NCBI GenBank assembly: GCA_000165345.1
Contig: CM000429.1
Location: forward strand, 800,001-864,000
Reading direction: 5' to 3'
DNA length: 64,000 nucleotides
Shown: piece after piece, positions 1-10,343 of the stretch
How the letters are laid out: each line of letters starts with the position of its first letter
Numbering within the stretch: the first letter of the stretch is position 1
Translations under genes and position numbers: made by a program
Notes under the pieces: model-generated
What the model was told of the DNA's origin: nothing
What the model saw: the letters and a program-made list of their open reading frames with translations, nothing else
Databases searched by the model: none

Positions 1-1953
1 AGAAATTCAAACATTTGAAAAAACAATTCTTTTTGATATTTGCGAATTGGAGATAATTAAGAATGGAACAATCGAAGATTTAGAGAGTGATAATAATGAA
101 AATAACGAGAATATTATTAGGGATGTGGTTCATAATTTCAAAAATCCAATAAAAAGGCTTAGATTAAAGAATATTGACCTTTCTATCGTTGATTTTTTGA
201 AACTTTTGCAATTAGATGAATTTGTTAATTTGCAAATACTTGAATTAGAGGATTGTGAATTTGAGGGTATAAAGCGAACAAAAATTCTTGAAAGCAAGAC
301 AAAAATCTCAATAAACTCAGTTAAAGAGTTTCAATGCATCAGGACAGATCCAATTTTTGCAAGGTTTTTTCCTAATTTGAAGGTAAGTTAATTAAAAAAA
401 AAGAAAACCAAAAGAATATTAATAAAATAATTGTATACACTTTTTAAATATTTTATTTTGTATAGAAAGTAATTTATGAAGCAAATTTTTCATTAGGAAA
501 TGACATTTATGATCCATTCCAGAGATATAATAATATTGAAAAAGGCATAGGCATTGAATTTTTTGAATTAAGAATACCAAATAACGAAATTTCTCAATTA
601 CAATTCTTAGAAAACTTCTTCATTGGAAGTTTTCCAAATCTGGAAAATTTAAGAGAACTTAGAATTGTAGGAAATTCTCAAGATAATAAAGATTTTAAAA
701 AAAGTTCAAGATATGAAGCTGTTAAACAATTAAGAGAAGTCAATATGAGATATTATAGGGAAAATTCTTTTTCAATGCTTAAAGTACTGGAATTAAGAAA
801 TTTATATATACCTTTAGACACATTTGATCATTTAATTTTAATGTTTTCACTTTCAAATAATAATTCAAGATATAAATTTCAAGGTTATGAAATTGAAGGT
901 AACCAGCTTTTATATAACTACCAGAAAGTTTATGCAACTTATAATTTAAAGTTTGAGGATGGATCATCTAAAAATCATCATTATAATATCAATAAATATC
1001 ATAGTATGAGTATCCAAGAGGAATCTGATTTCATGCTTAATTCAGATTACACAAACTTAGGATTCTCTCATCCTGATGATATTTCTTGCAAAAATAAAAA
1101 CGATTATGACCTTTTAGGTATGAAACTGAAAGATAAAGATAATTATAATAAAAATACAAAAGAGTCTAGTAAAATTAATGAAAATGGTTATATGAATAAT
1201 AAATTACAAAACAAATCACCTTTTCAGCATGATTCACAAGTAATGCAACCATTTCTAGATATTAAACGATGGATAATAAATATTTCTAAAACAAAGGAGA
1301 ACAACAATCAAGAAAATATAAGCAATGTACTATATTCATTAAATACTCATATTTTAATTCTAGATAATCAGTTACAAGAAATGAAGTATCAAAGTATTAC
1401 TGAGATTCACAGAAACTTAATTTCAAGAACTATTTTGGAATATTTGGTAGATCCAATCAAGACATGTTTGAGTATATCTAATTCAAGGATAGTCCTCTCT
1501 TTTGGATTTGATAATTTGATTTATTCTGGATATATGTTAGGAGTATTATTTGAATATCAAGTAACACTCAAGGAACTATCAGCATTATCATTTTTGATAC
1601 CTATAGATTTCTTTTGCCAACTTAAACTTAATAGAATTCAAGTTCTTAAAGTTTCATTATTTAAAGATAAGAATTTAGAACCTAAAGACCTTATTCAATT
1701 ATGCTCTTGGATTGAAAGATATGGAAAAAATCTCAATTATATACATATTAGAGTAACAGGATCAAGCTCTAAATGGGTACCGAAAGAAACAGAAATTACA
1801 AGGCTTATTAATTTATGGAAGAAAATGTGTCCAAAAACACTTGAGGGTAAATCTCAAGAAAAAATCAAATTTGAATGCTGTTTTACCGATCATATATTCT
1901 CAAAGATGGAAAAATTACCCAAAGACTTTGAATACGATACAGAATCTGATTAA
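1..1953 (+). CDS. Leucine-rich, LRR-like hypothetical protein; 5'-partial, two exons join(<1..382,466..1953)
   Basis: The reading frame is open from base 2 of the window; the ORF-track start at 47 is a TTG, not ATG. ORF 47..391 ends ...AAG|GTAAGTTAA, a canonical donor. The acceptor is TTTTGTATAG|AAA at 464-465, and the frame continues without stops into ORF 745..1953 (same frame, 466 mod 3 = 745 mod 3). The protein is leucine-rich with repeated L..L.L motifs. No specific family recognised. Confidence 0.55.
383..465 (+). other. Intron (83 nt, GTAAGT...TATAG) in first gene
   Basis: GTAAGT donor directly after an in-frame codon. AT-rich body, poly-T then TATAG acceptor. Removal fuses two ORFs in frame. 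Confidence 0.6.
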
Positions 1954-2159
1954 GAAATACAAACTAGCACCAGCAAAATATCAATCCATCTAAATACTAG
2001 ATAAATAACTATTATTCAGATTTAACAAGTACAAAAAACAACAACATTCTTAACATTGTTTTTTTCTCCTGAGATTCTCTTTAATATGTGAGAATATTGA
2101 TCATAAGAGAATTCAATGAAAAAATGGACAAAAAAACAATAGCAAAACAACAACAAAAA

Positions 2160-4967
2160 TCACTCCAGATCTTTGAATCTTCTTAAAAACTGTGCTTTAA
2201 TTGATCGGAGCTCTTCATCGGGTTTAAGCCCACTTAAATAATCATTAGAAATCTCAGAATCACAGCCATTATGAGAAGTCTTATGGAAAATTTCTTCAAC
2301 ATCATGCAAGTTCCTGATAAAATTCTTTCTGAAAAGCATCTCAAGATTTGCAGAGTATTTTCTAGGATGTACTCCTGAAGATGTTATAAGAATCTGATTA
2401 TTTGTAATTTTTGTAATCAACTCATGATGTTTTACTTTAAGAGCAGATATATCTTTGGTTAAATCTTTAATCTCTGATATAATTTCAAGCATATTTGGAT
2501 TATTGGCCCAGCATGAAACCTCTTGACCTCCATTTGAATGAAGATGGTTTAAAAGCTTTTTTTTATAATTATTCCAATTTCTTATTCTAGAAGGTCTTTC
2601 AGCAAGTCTATCTGGAAGATTTAAAGTCCAATTTATTGAAGGATATATCTCAGAAAGAAGTTCTAAAGTACTCTTTTTAAATTTCACTACAAGTGCATCA
2701 TATTCTTTTGAAGGTGCCCAAATAATATTCTTTGTGTCTTCTCCTTCTAAAAATGGAAACATTAATGGTATCTTTCGAATATCTTTACCACAACCTTTTG
2801 TTAGCTTTAACAACAAAACATAAACTTTATTTAAAGGCAACATTAAATTATCATATTCAGCATATAATTGTTCAAGCTCATTCTTCTTCTTTTTAAAATA
2901 TTTGAAAGAAGCAAAAAATGGTTTTCTCAACTCTTTTTCTTTTTGAAGGAGCTTTCTATATTTGAATTTGGAATGTTTTTTAATAAATCGTGATTGAATT
3001 GTTAAAGAATAATTAAAAAAATTGGATATACTTACTATTTGATTTCTGGAAGCTTTAAAGAACGGTATTGAATTAATTGAAGTAGAAAAAATGTCACTGG
3101 CCTCTTCTTCAGATGGACTACCTTTATCAGCAATATTATTATTACTTCTTGTTTTTAGTTGGTTCTTATAAGTATGGCCATTATACTTAAAATACTTTTG
3201 ACTTCTTATTTTATAATTTAATTCTTCGTCAATATAAAGTAATTCATCATCTCTTTGACGAATAAACTCTCTAACATTCTCTAAAAACCTGATTGAAAGA
3301 ATATTTTGATGAAGCTCTAAAATGAATTTTTGAATTTCATGATCAAGTAAATTATTATTATTATTATCATCATCCAAAACTTTAGTCGTTGAAGACATAA
3401 ATTCAAAAATAGTTGGTAAAGAGTATGGCTTATTTTTAAGTTTTGGAAATTCTACAAAAGCATCAGTATCAGGATTTGAAACTTTAAAATCCGGATTTGG
3501 AATAATTATATTGTTATCCCCATATGGTTTCCAATCAGTATGTGGTGTAATATCTCTGCTGACTGGAGACCAAAAATCTTTAAACATGGTAGAATTATAA
3601 AAACCACTCTTCATGCCATCATTCAGAGATTCGAATACATCACTTTTTACAAAGTCTAAAAGACCCATTTTATTAACAATAGAATTTTTATCATCTAAAT
3701 ATGAAAGAATATGCCTAAATTGAACATTTGGGTACCTTCTAATTGTTTGAACAATTTCATATTGTTGATAAGTTTCTGTAAATGAATAAAAATTAAAAAA
3801 CCAATATAAAGATTCAAGCATGGTTTTTGAATATGTTGGATCAATAATAGAATGAAATTCGTTGTTTGTATATGATGTAGTAATTACATCAATAACAATA
3901 TCTTTATCAGTTTTGGCTTTTCCTGATTGTAAACATCTATGAACAGCTCCTCTAAGATCAATCGTTTTAGAAATAGCTCCATCACCAAATATTCCAATAC
4001 CTGAAATTTCAGCTGGTTCAAGTACTAATGGAAATGCTGAGCTAGATCTAATTATTGAAGGAATTATTGATCTTGGTGCTTCTTCATTAAAATAATAACT
4101 TAAAGCTGATTTAAAATGATATGCAAGTGCATTCCATTTGGGACCTTTAAATCTCTTTCTATTTTGTAAAAGATGTCTCATAAATATAAGCATAGGGTAA
4201 GTTGAGCATAAATAATTCGGTAATTTTTTGCCTTCAGTAATGGCTCTAAAAATAAATAATGGTGCATTTTTAGATAAAGTTTTTTTACAATCATGTACAT
4301 TTTTATGTGTAAAATTATTCCATATTGAAGCTCCTTCTGTAGAAAAATGAGTTGATTGGCCAACATGATAGAATTGACTCCAAATAGTATTTAAAGTACC
4401 AATTGAAACTCCTGATGTAACATCCCATCTTAATTTAATTCCATGATATCTATATATAAAAGCAAGTCCATTTATAAGCCCAGCAGAAAATGAACCTTTT
4501 GCTCCTCCTCCACTAACTGTTAATATGTAACATTTGGATGGTGAAGAATCTTCAAATTTTTCAGAGAATTTTGGTTTCAAATTAAATAATGTTTCAGAAG
4601 GAGCACCATCAATTACTTTATAAGTTGAATTATCATTATTGACATTCAAATCAGTTTCAATTTTTCCAAGTTGGTGGTTATTTTCATAATGATATGATCC
4701 AAAATTCATTAAATTGTTTTGTTGAATTGTTGGATTAGTATTGGTATTTTTTTTAGCCGTGTGATTAGTAATTTTTGTATAATTAATATTCAAAATATCA
4801 TTACATTGGTTATTTTGTGATTTCCCTAAATTATAATTATTAGCAAATACCAAGAATGGAATAGAGTACCAAAATAAAATATATGTTATAAGTAACCTTG
4901 CTGGTAATAACTGAAAGTACAATGGTGCTTTTAAAGTAAATAGTGCATGTTTTAATATTGGAGCCAT
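2160..4967 (-). CDS. Patatin-like phospholipase (N-terminal signal anchor)
   Basis: Has the GGGAKGSF glycine-rich oxyanion motif, a GVSIG (GxSxG) nucleophile elbow and a later DGA motif, which is the patatin Ser-Asp dyad. N-terminal hydrophobic segment. The ORF-track start at 4994 is a TTG; the first in-frame ATG is at 4967 (MAPILKH...). Confidence 0.75.
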   Translation of the reverse strand: MAPILKHALFTLKAPLYFQLLPARLLITYILFWYSIPFLVFANNYNLGKSQNNQCNDILNINYTKITNHTAKKNTNTNPTIQQNNLMNFGSYHYENNHQLGKIETDLNVNNDNSTYKVIDGAPSETLFNLKPKFSEKFEDSSPSKCYILTVSGGGAKGSFSAGLINGLAFIYRYHGIKLRWDVTSGVSIGTLNTIWSQFYHVGQSTHFSTEGASIWNNFTHKNVHDCKKTLSKNAPLFIFRAITEGKKLPNYLCSTYPMLIFMRHLLQNRKRFKGPKWNALAYHFKSALSYYFNEEAPRSIIPSIIRSSSAFPLVLEPAEISGIGIFGDGAISKTIDLRGAVHRCLQSGKAKTDKDIVIDVITTSYTNNEFHSIIDPTYSKTMLESLYWFFNFYSFTETYQQYEIVQTIRRYPNVQFRHILSYLDDKNSIVNKMGLLDFVKSDVFESLNDGMKSGFYNSTMFKDFWSPVSRDITPHTDWKPYGDNNIIIPNPDFKVSNPDTDAFVEFPKLKNKPYSLPTIFEFMSSTTKVLDDDNNNNNLLDHEIQKFILELHQNILSIRFLENVREFIRQRDDELLYIDEELNYKIRSQKYFKYNGHTYKNQLKTRSNNNIADKGSPSEEEASDIFSTSINSIPFFKASRNQIVSISNFFNYSLTIQSRFIKKHSKFKYRKLLQKEKELRKPFFASFKYFKKKKNELEQLYAEYDNLMLPLNKVYVLLLKLTKGCGKDIRKIPLMFPFLEGEDTKNIIWAPSKEYDALVVKFKKSTLELLSEIYPSINWTLNLPDRLAERPSRIRNWNNYKKKLLNHLHSNGGQEVSCWANNPNMLEIISEIKDLTKDISALKVKHHELITKITNNQILITSSGVHPRKYSANLEMLFRKNFIRNLHDVEEIFHKTSHNGCDSEISNDYLSGLKPDEELRSIKAQFLRRFKDLE

Positions 4968-5283
4968 TTTAGTTAATTTTAAATAATTATTCAAACCCTT
5001 AGAAACAAGAAAAAAAAAACATCTGAACGCCTTTAAATAACTTTAAACAAAAAAGATTAAAATGATTATTGCTTTAAAGACTATCAAGTTTACTTGAAAA
5101 GTTTAAATTATTATTTTTATTATTATTATTTTTGTTAAGTACCTTTGCAACCAATTATTCAACTGGACATTTTTTTTATTAATCCGATACCTTTTTTTTA
5201 GAATTTATTTATCATTAAACATTATGTATATATATGTTATACATATATTTAAACAATATATATTAAATGCAATATATTACACA

Positions 5284-5295
5284 TTTGGCGCCAAA
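5284..5295. promoter_or_regulatory. E2F-like palindromic site TTTGGCGCCAAA in the divergent patatin/TAF7 intergenic region
   Basis: Exact TTTGGCGCCAAA, the classical E2F palindrome. A GC island in AT-rich DNA. Confidence 0.5.
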
Positions 5296-5979
5296 GTTTT
5301 GTTATTGAATAAATTACATAGAGGTTTCTCTTTTTTCAAAGTTATATAGATTTGGACAATATTAAGAAAATATGATAATATGGGAGATTACGTAGATAGT
5401 TATAATTTTTGAACGGTTTAATAGTACTAGATAAAAGGTTTGAAGATTATAATATGGATAAATAATTACGTGGTGAGATATAGGTATTAGTATTTATCAA
5501 AGATGAGGAAATATTAGGAGAGTATAGTTATTAATTTGAATGGAGATTTCTGTGATTCTTTTTTTTATTTTCCCTTTTTTTCTTCTCCAGATAATAAATA
5601 TTTCATTTCTAATTTTCAATGTGAAATCTCATACTTTTTAAAGTTATATTAATTTTCAGAATTAGTATAGTCAGAGTAATTCATAGTTTGACAATTTTAA
5701 CATTAATAAAATAAAAAATTTAGTTTAAGTGTTAATATAAATTATAAACAAATACAATATTACTAAAGTATCTTTAGTTACTTTTCTTTTTGAGCTTAGT
5801 AATAAGTTACTTAGTATATTTATATGTAAATGTGTGCAAGATAAAGAAATAAAGAGAAAGAAGATAAGGGAGAATGAAATAAAGAGGAATGAGCAAAGGA
5901 GTGGAGTGAATTATATTTATTTGTTAAGATAAAAATTCGGAAAAGAAATACTCATTTCTTTTCTTTTTTGAATTAAATA

Positions 5980-5997
5980 TTTTGGCGGGAAATTGGG
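5980..5997 (+). promoter_or_regulatory. E2F-like site TTTTGGCGGGAAATTGGG, ~180 bp upstream of TAF7
   Basis: Near-identical 18-mer recurs at 10058-10076. Confidence 0.55.
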
Positions 5998-6175
5998 TCT
6001 AATATAAAGTCAAATAAAAATATGACTAATAATTTGAGAAAAGGTAAAATAAGGAATGAATTAGAAGGAGTAAAAAGAGGATTAGGAATACTTTGTAAGG
6101 TAGGATAATTAGTTTTCAAAAGACGGAGTATAAGTAAATATATTTATATTCATACATTTATATATATAAATATAT

Positions 6176-7282
6176 ATGGGGATTTCAAAAGCAGAGAGGC
6201 AATTACAATTTGTTCCACAGAGATATTTAAGAAGAGGAATATTTTCCTCTGTAGATTTGTCGAGTTCAATATATTCAGCTCTTCCAGAATCAGTATGTGT
6301 GGTTAAGATACCAGATGCTATTTCAAAGGAAGTTAATAGCTTGTTAAGTAGAGGAGAAAAGTTTCCATTTGGAATTCAACCAACACCGTTTGAAGACTTT
6401 CGTATTTTTGACATTTATTTACTTGGACAAGATTATGTAGGAATTTTGGTAGACCTTCCATGTAATATAGAGGTTTATAAGAGTTTAGATTGTGAGAGTA
6501 TGTTTAAATCAAATAACTTAAACCAAATGCTTTACATTTACGATGCAAATTGTTTACCAAAATGGTTTATTACTTCACAAGGGGTGAATATTTCTTCAAT
6601 ATACAAGGGACCTATGAAATCTAATATGATGTATTCAGATCAAACTTTCGTCTCTTTCATTAAATATTTAAGAGAATCACTTCATTGGGAATGGCCAGCT
6701 GGTTTACTTCCAGCAAGTAGAGGAGTGAGATCTAGAAAGTACAGAAATACTGAATTATTTGATATTGGAGAAGTTATTGAAGCTGAGCAGGAACTATTAG
6801 ATAGAGTTTCAATGCCAAGCCAAGATATGGTAACTATTGATGTTATTTCTACAAAAGAAATGGATGAACAAATTCATTTATTCAAGCATGAACAAAAGAA
6901 TTCTCCTTTTCCTATTGCATCTGTTTTTGACAAGAAAAAGAAAGCAACATGTATGGGGATTATAGGAAGAGATGATGATTTAAGAAGTATGATTTCTAGA
7001 TTTAAAAGGGAAGATTCTCAAAAGAAAGGAGCAAAGCAAAATACTTTAGAATTTGACGATATTCAAAGCGATATCAGTGACGTAATTTTCCGTGAAAGTT
7101 CAGATGATGAGAATAATCCAGATAATAATTTGGAAATGGAACCTAATAATGTCAGAATATCTGAAGAAAATCTATCCAAGACAACAATCAGAGAAAATTC
7201 ATCCAACAACAAACTAGTTATATCAAACGAATTAAGTCTCAACGAAGATTGGGATTCACATGATTCTTCCAGCGATGATTAA
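6176..7282 (+). CDS. TAF7: TFIID subunit TAF7 (TAFII55)-like
   Basis: Segment GILVDLPCNIEVYKSLDCESMFKSNNLNQML matches the conserved TAF7 core (LVDLPCxxExxKTxDkktfyKtxxixQML). Later WPAGLLPASRGVRSRKYR resembles the TAF7 ...HGITxPLKNVRKRRFR motif. Acidic C-terminal tail. Confidence 0.6.
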   Translation: MGISKAERQLQFVPQRYLRRGIFSSVDLSSSIYSALPESVCVVKIPDAISKEVNSLLSRGEKFPFGIQPTPFEDFRIFDIYLLGQDYVGILVDLPCNIEVYKSLDCESMFKSNNLNQMLYIYDANCLPKWFITSQGVNISSIYKGPMKSNMMYSDQTFVSFIKYLRESLHWEWPAGLLPASRGVRSRKYRNTELFDIGEVIEAEQELLDRVSMPSQDMVTIDVISTKEMDEQIHLFKHEQKNSPFPIASVFDKKKKATCMGIIGRDDDLRSMISRFKREDSQKKGAKQNTLEFDDIQSDISDVIFRESSDDENNPDNNLEMEPNNVRISEENLSKTTIRENSSNNKLVISNELSLNEDWDSHDSSSDD

Positions 7283-7663
7283 TTTGATCTTCAAACATCA
7301 TTTGTTTCAACTTTAAACTTTAAAAACCAAAGTTATAAAATAAAGAAAAAAATAAATAAAAATTAAAAATTATTTATTGAGCGCCAAATGCATGCAAACA
7401 CGTAATTAACATTTTTTTTACATGCATGAGTTAAAGCAATTTACCTATATAAGTATAAATATATGTTTATAAAGTTGTATATATTAATTGGACAATTTTT
7501 TTTAATTAGTAGCACCAATTGATTTGCGGTAAATTATAGCAGTGGTATTAATTAGCTGGATTTTAGAATTTGTCCTATTCTTTAATTTAAGGACAGAATA
7601 CAGTATTTCATATTTTCATTTCTTCTATTCTTTTGTCTTCTCTTTCCCCTTTTCTCCTTCACT

Positions 7664-9901
7664 CTATTCTGCTTGTTTATCGTTATTGTTTTCTTCATTG
7701 TCAGCAGTTGCAGTTGCAGTTACAGCTTCAGTTGCAGTTACAGTTTCAGTTGCAGTTACAGTTTCAGTTTCAGTCACAGCCACGGTCTCATTTTCTTCTT
7801 CTATAGGATTCACAGTATTTTCTTCAACATTAGGCGGGTTTCCCACCTTTTCGATATCTAAGGAGTTTGTATTGGCTACTTCACTTTCCTGGGTCTTTTC
7901 ATCAAGCTTTACTTCAGAAGAGAGTTTTGATTCCATTCTAGAGCCAAATTCTTTGCGTAGATTCATTGAAGGAGCTGGTTTGAGGTTGGATCGATGGGAA
8001 AGAGAGCCTTTTTTTTCACCTCTTTGTATAAGACTTTGGAAGAAACCCTTAAGAGAGGGATCTCCAGAGGCGCCAGGGCTATTGGCGTTTAAGTTTGATT
8101 TTGAGGGTTTAAGCCTTTGGGAAGAGCCAGATACAGATGCTGCGGAAGAAGAGATAGCTGAGGATGAAGCACCTCCTGCTGTACCTTTGATTGAAACAGA
8201 ATCACTACTAATTGATTTGGATTCCTCAGAGTTTGAAGCAGCTGTTGGCGACAGAAGAACAGGAGCAGCTCCTGGTGAAGCAGCTTCAATGAGTGGAATT
8301 TGGGGTCTTATTTGTTCCAGAAACTCATTCAATGATGGGATCTTCTTATCGAAGGCTGTAGAAAGTCCATGAACTAATTCTAAAGCATCACTTGAATTGG
8401 ATATTTCTGAGCTGAATTTTGATTTTTGAACCATCTCCTCGTAGATATCAGACTTGACATTAGGAATAGGACTTAGGCAAAGGCGATCAATAGGTGTTCT
8501 CGGTAAGACACACAGAATTGAGTTGTTTTTGTTAACTACATCATTAACTGTCTTTAAAATTTTCCCATCCTCGTCTGTAAAAGGTGTATCGAAAAGTCTG
8601 TGAAGAATATAACTTAAAAGAAGGTCTACTCCAGAGGTTTGATGGATATCTCCAGAAGTTTGAATGCTTGTAGTGAAAAAACTGATTCCATATGAGTCTC
8701 CAAGATTCATTAGAAAGCTTAAAGCAAAAGGAATAAATGGTTGGCCAGTAGCACCATCTGTTGGAACAGAGAATCTCTGTCCAATGTCAGATTTTGATAA
8801 GACAACCCCAATTGGAATTCCCAAATTTACTTTTGGATATAGATTAGATGAAGAAGAGGTGGAGGAACTAGCAGCAGATGATGAAGCTTCAATTTCACTA
8901 AGTTTTTGAGTACGTTGTTCAATATCTTCTCCTTGAGAATCTATTGGGTCTTGTAGAGCTTTTTCTCCAGGTTCAGGTCTAGATACAGAACTTTGCTCCG
9001 CTTCTGCCACAATCTCCTCCATTCTAGTCTCAAAATAATGATTCACTTCTTGAATCATAATCCTCTGCAAATCTGGAGAAAGATTTGAGAGCTCTAAAGA
9101 CTTTGCCCAACATTCCTGAATCTGTTGAATCCATATAACCAAATCATCATTTAAAGTCCATGGTAAAGAGGAGTCCAAAACTATTAAAAACATAATGTTT
9201 GGAGACTGCATGGAAGTCAAGCCATCTCTACAATCATCATCTAAGCCACCTCCTCCTATTCCATTAGTTACTGCTAATCCAACGTCTGTTGATGATACAT
9301 TCAAACTCAAATTCTCTGAAGTATTATTTCCTGTTAAACGACTATTTTGACTGTTAAATACATCCACAAGCCTCTTCACTAGCTCATCCGACATACCACA
9401 ATGATCTATACTCCATACATCCAATGTTACATTTTTTGGTGTAGTATTTAGATCCTTATTCAACTCATCCTGATCAGAATCCTCGATAGAATCATCCTGT
9501 TCTAATTGGAAGAATCCTTGGCTAATTTTCATACTACAAAAATCTAAACCAATATATGGACTACTATCCACTTCAGATGATACTAACACACTCTTTATAT
9601 CTTTCTCCTTTCCTTTCTCGGAAATCTTTTTGAGCTCTGAAATGAGCTCAGATTTACCGCCATTAGCCCTTCCCAATACAAATAATGTGCCATGCAAATT
9701 CTCTGCATTTTTACCTTGTAAACCATTCATAAAGCTACGCAAAATTTCCTGCCATAATCCCTGTCCATCCTGCTTTCCCGTTCCAGCTCCAATATATTTT
9801 GAACCAAACTTTGAGAATGTGGAGGAAGTCGAATGGGGCATTGACAATGAATCCCCTCTTGACCCTCTAGGCAATGGTAAAGTGCTGTTTTGCTTCCTCA
9901 T
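7664..9901 (-). CDS. Cytoplasmic dynein light intermediate chain (DLIC)
   Basis: N-terminus GQGLWQEILRSF...NLHGTLFVLGRANGGKSELISEL carries the P-loop GxxxxGKS. It aligns with the DLIC N-terminal region (GQNLWSSIL...ILVFGEDGSGKTTL). A central ...LPWTLNDDLVIWIQQIQE resembles DLIC SRPWTVMESLQKW. The C-terminal low-complexity tail ends in (TVTATE)n. Confidence 0.6.
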   Translation of the reverse strand: MRKQNSTLPLPRGSRGDSLSMPHSTSSTFSKFGSKYIGAGTGKQDGQGLWQEILRSFMNGLQGKNAENLHGTLFVLGRANGGKSELISELKKISEKGKEKDIKSVLVSSEVDSSPYIGLDFCSMKISQGFFQLEQDDSIEDSDQDELNKDLNTTPKNVTLDVWSIDHCGMSDELVKRLVDVFNSQNSRLTGNNTSENLSLNVSSTDVGLAVTNGIGGGGLDDDCRDGLTSMQSPNIMFLIVLDSSLPWTLNDDLVIWIQQIQECWAKSLELSNLSPDLQRIMIQEVNHYFETRMEEIVAEAEQSSVSRPEPGEKALQDPIDSQGEDIEQRTQKLSEIEASSSAASSSTSSSSNLYPKVNLGIPIGVVLSKSDIGQRFSVPTDGATGQPFIPFALSFLMNLGDSYGISFFTTSIQTSGDIHQTSGVDLLLSYILHRLFDTPFTDEDGKILKTVNDVVNKNNSILCVLPRTPIDRLCLSPIPNVKSDIYEEMVQKSKFSSEISNSSDALELVHGLSTAFDKKIPSLNEFLEQIRPQIPLIEAASPGAAPVLLSPTAASNSEESKSISSDSVSIKGTAGGASSSAISSSAASVSGSSQRLKPSKSNLNANSPGASGDPSLKGFFQSLIQRGEKKGSLSHRSNLKPAPSMNLRKEFGSRMESKLSSEVKLDEKTQESEVANTNSLDIEKVGNPPNVEENTVNPIEEENETVAVTETETVTATETVTATEAVTATATADNEENNNDKQAE
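7704..7790. repeat. Tandem degenerate hexamer repeat (GCAGTT/ACAGTT/TCAGTT)x~14; encodes TVTATE repeats at the DLIC C-terminus
   Basis: The periodic 6-bp / 18-bp repeat is directly visible. It lies in the last codons of the minus-strand gene. Confidence 0.8.
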
Positions 9902-10057
9902 ATCCTATCAAAGTGACTCTCCTTGTTCAACTCTTTTTAGCCCTTCTCCTATTACTATATTTTTTTTCCTTCCCTGCAATTTTCTATTTTATATTCCTTG
10001 CGCACAATTTTCTAATTCTCACAGCCTATACATTTGGATAATCTTATAATGGCTCCA

Positions 10058-10076
10058 TTTTGGCGGGAAATTCGGG
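10058..10076 (+). promoter_or_regulatory. E2F-like site TTTTGGCGGGAAATTCGGG in the divergent DLIC/secreted-protein promoter
   Basis: Same extended motif as at 5980. Confidence 0.55.
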
Positions 10077-10343
10077 ATTTTTATATACGCATAATTATTG
10101 GTACCTTAATTGTAAAAAAAATACTGAAGATTAGATAAAATTGTGTAGTATATATTTGTAATTTTTGTTTAGCAGGATCAAATATTGAAGATTAATCAAT
10201 TGATGTATTAACCTATTTATTAAATAACTCAGAACATTTGTATGCAATTTATTTCAGTGTTTGTAAGAGCCCAGTTTGAAAATCCGACTTTATATTACCT
10301 AGAGCAGCCGAGTAAATATTTTAATTGGGATTAATATGTCAAT

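Noticed and set aside
7542-8372. 276-aa plus-strand ORF, plus 62-66-aa ORFs at 7673 and 8089
   Set aside because: They lie entirely antisense to the homology-supported DLIC gene and its hexamer repeat. The composition is repeat-driven (VAVTVS...), so they are frame artefacts.
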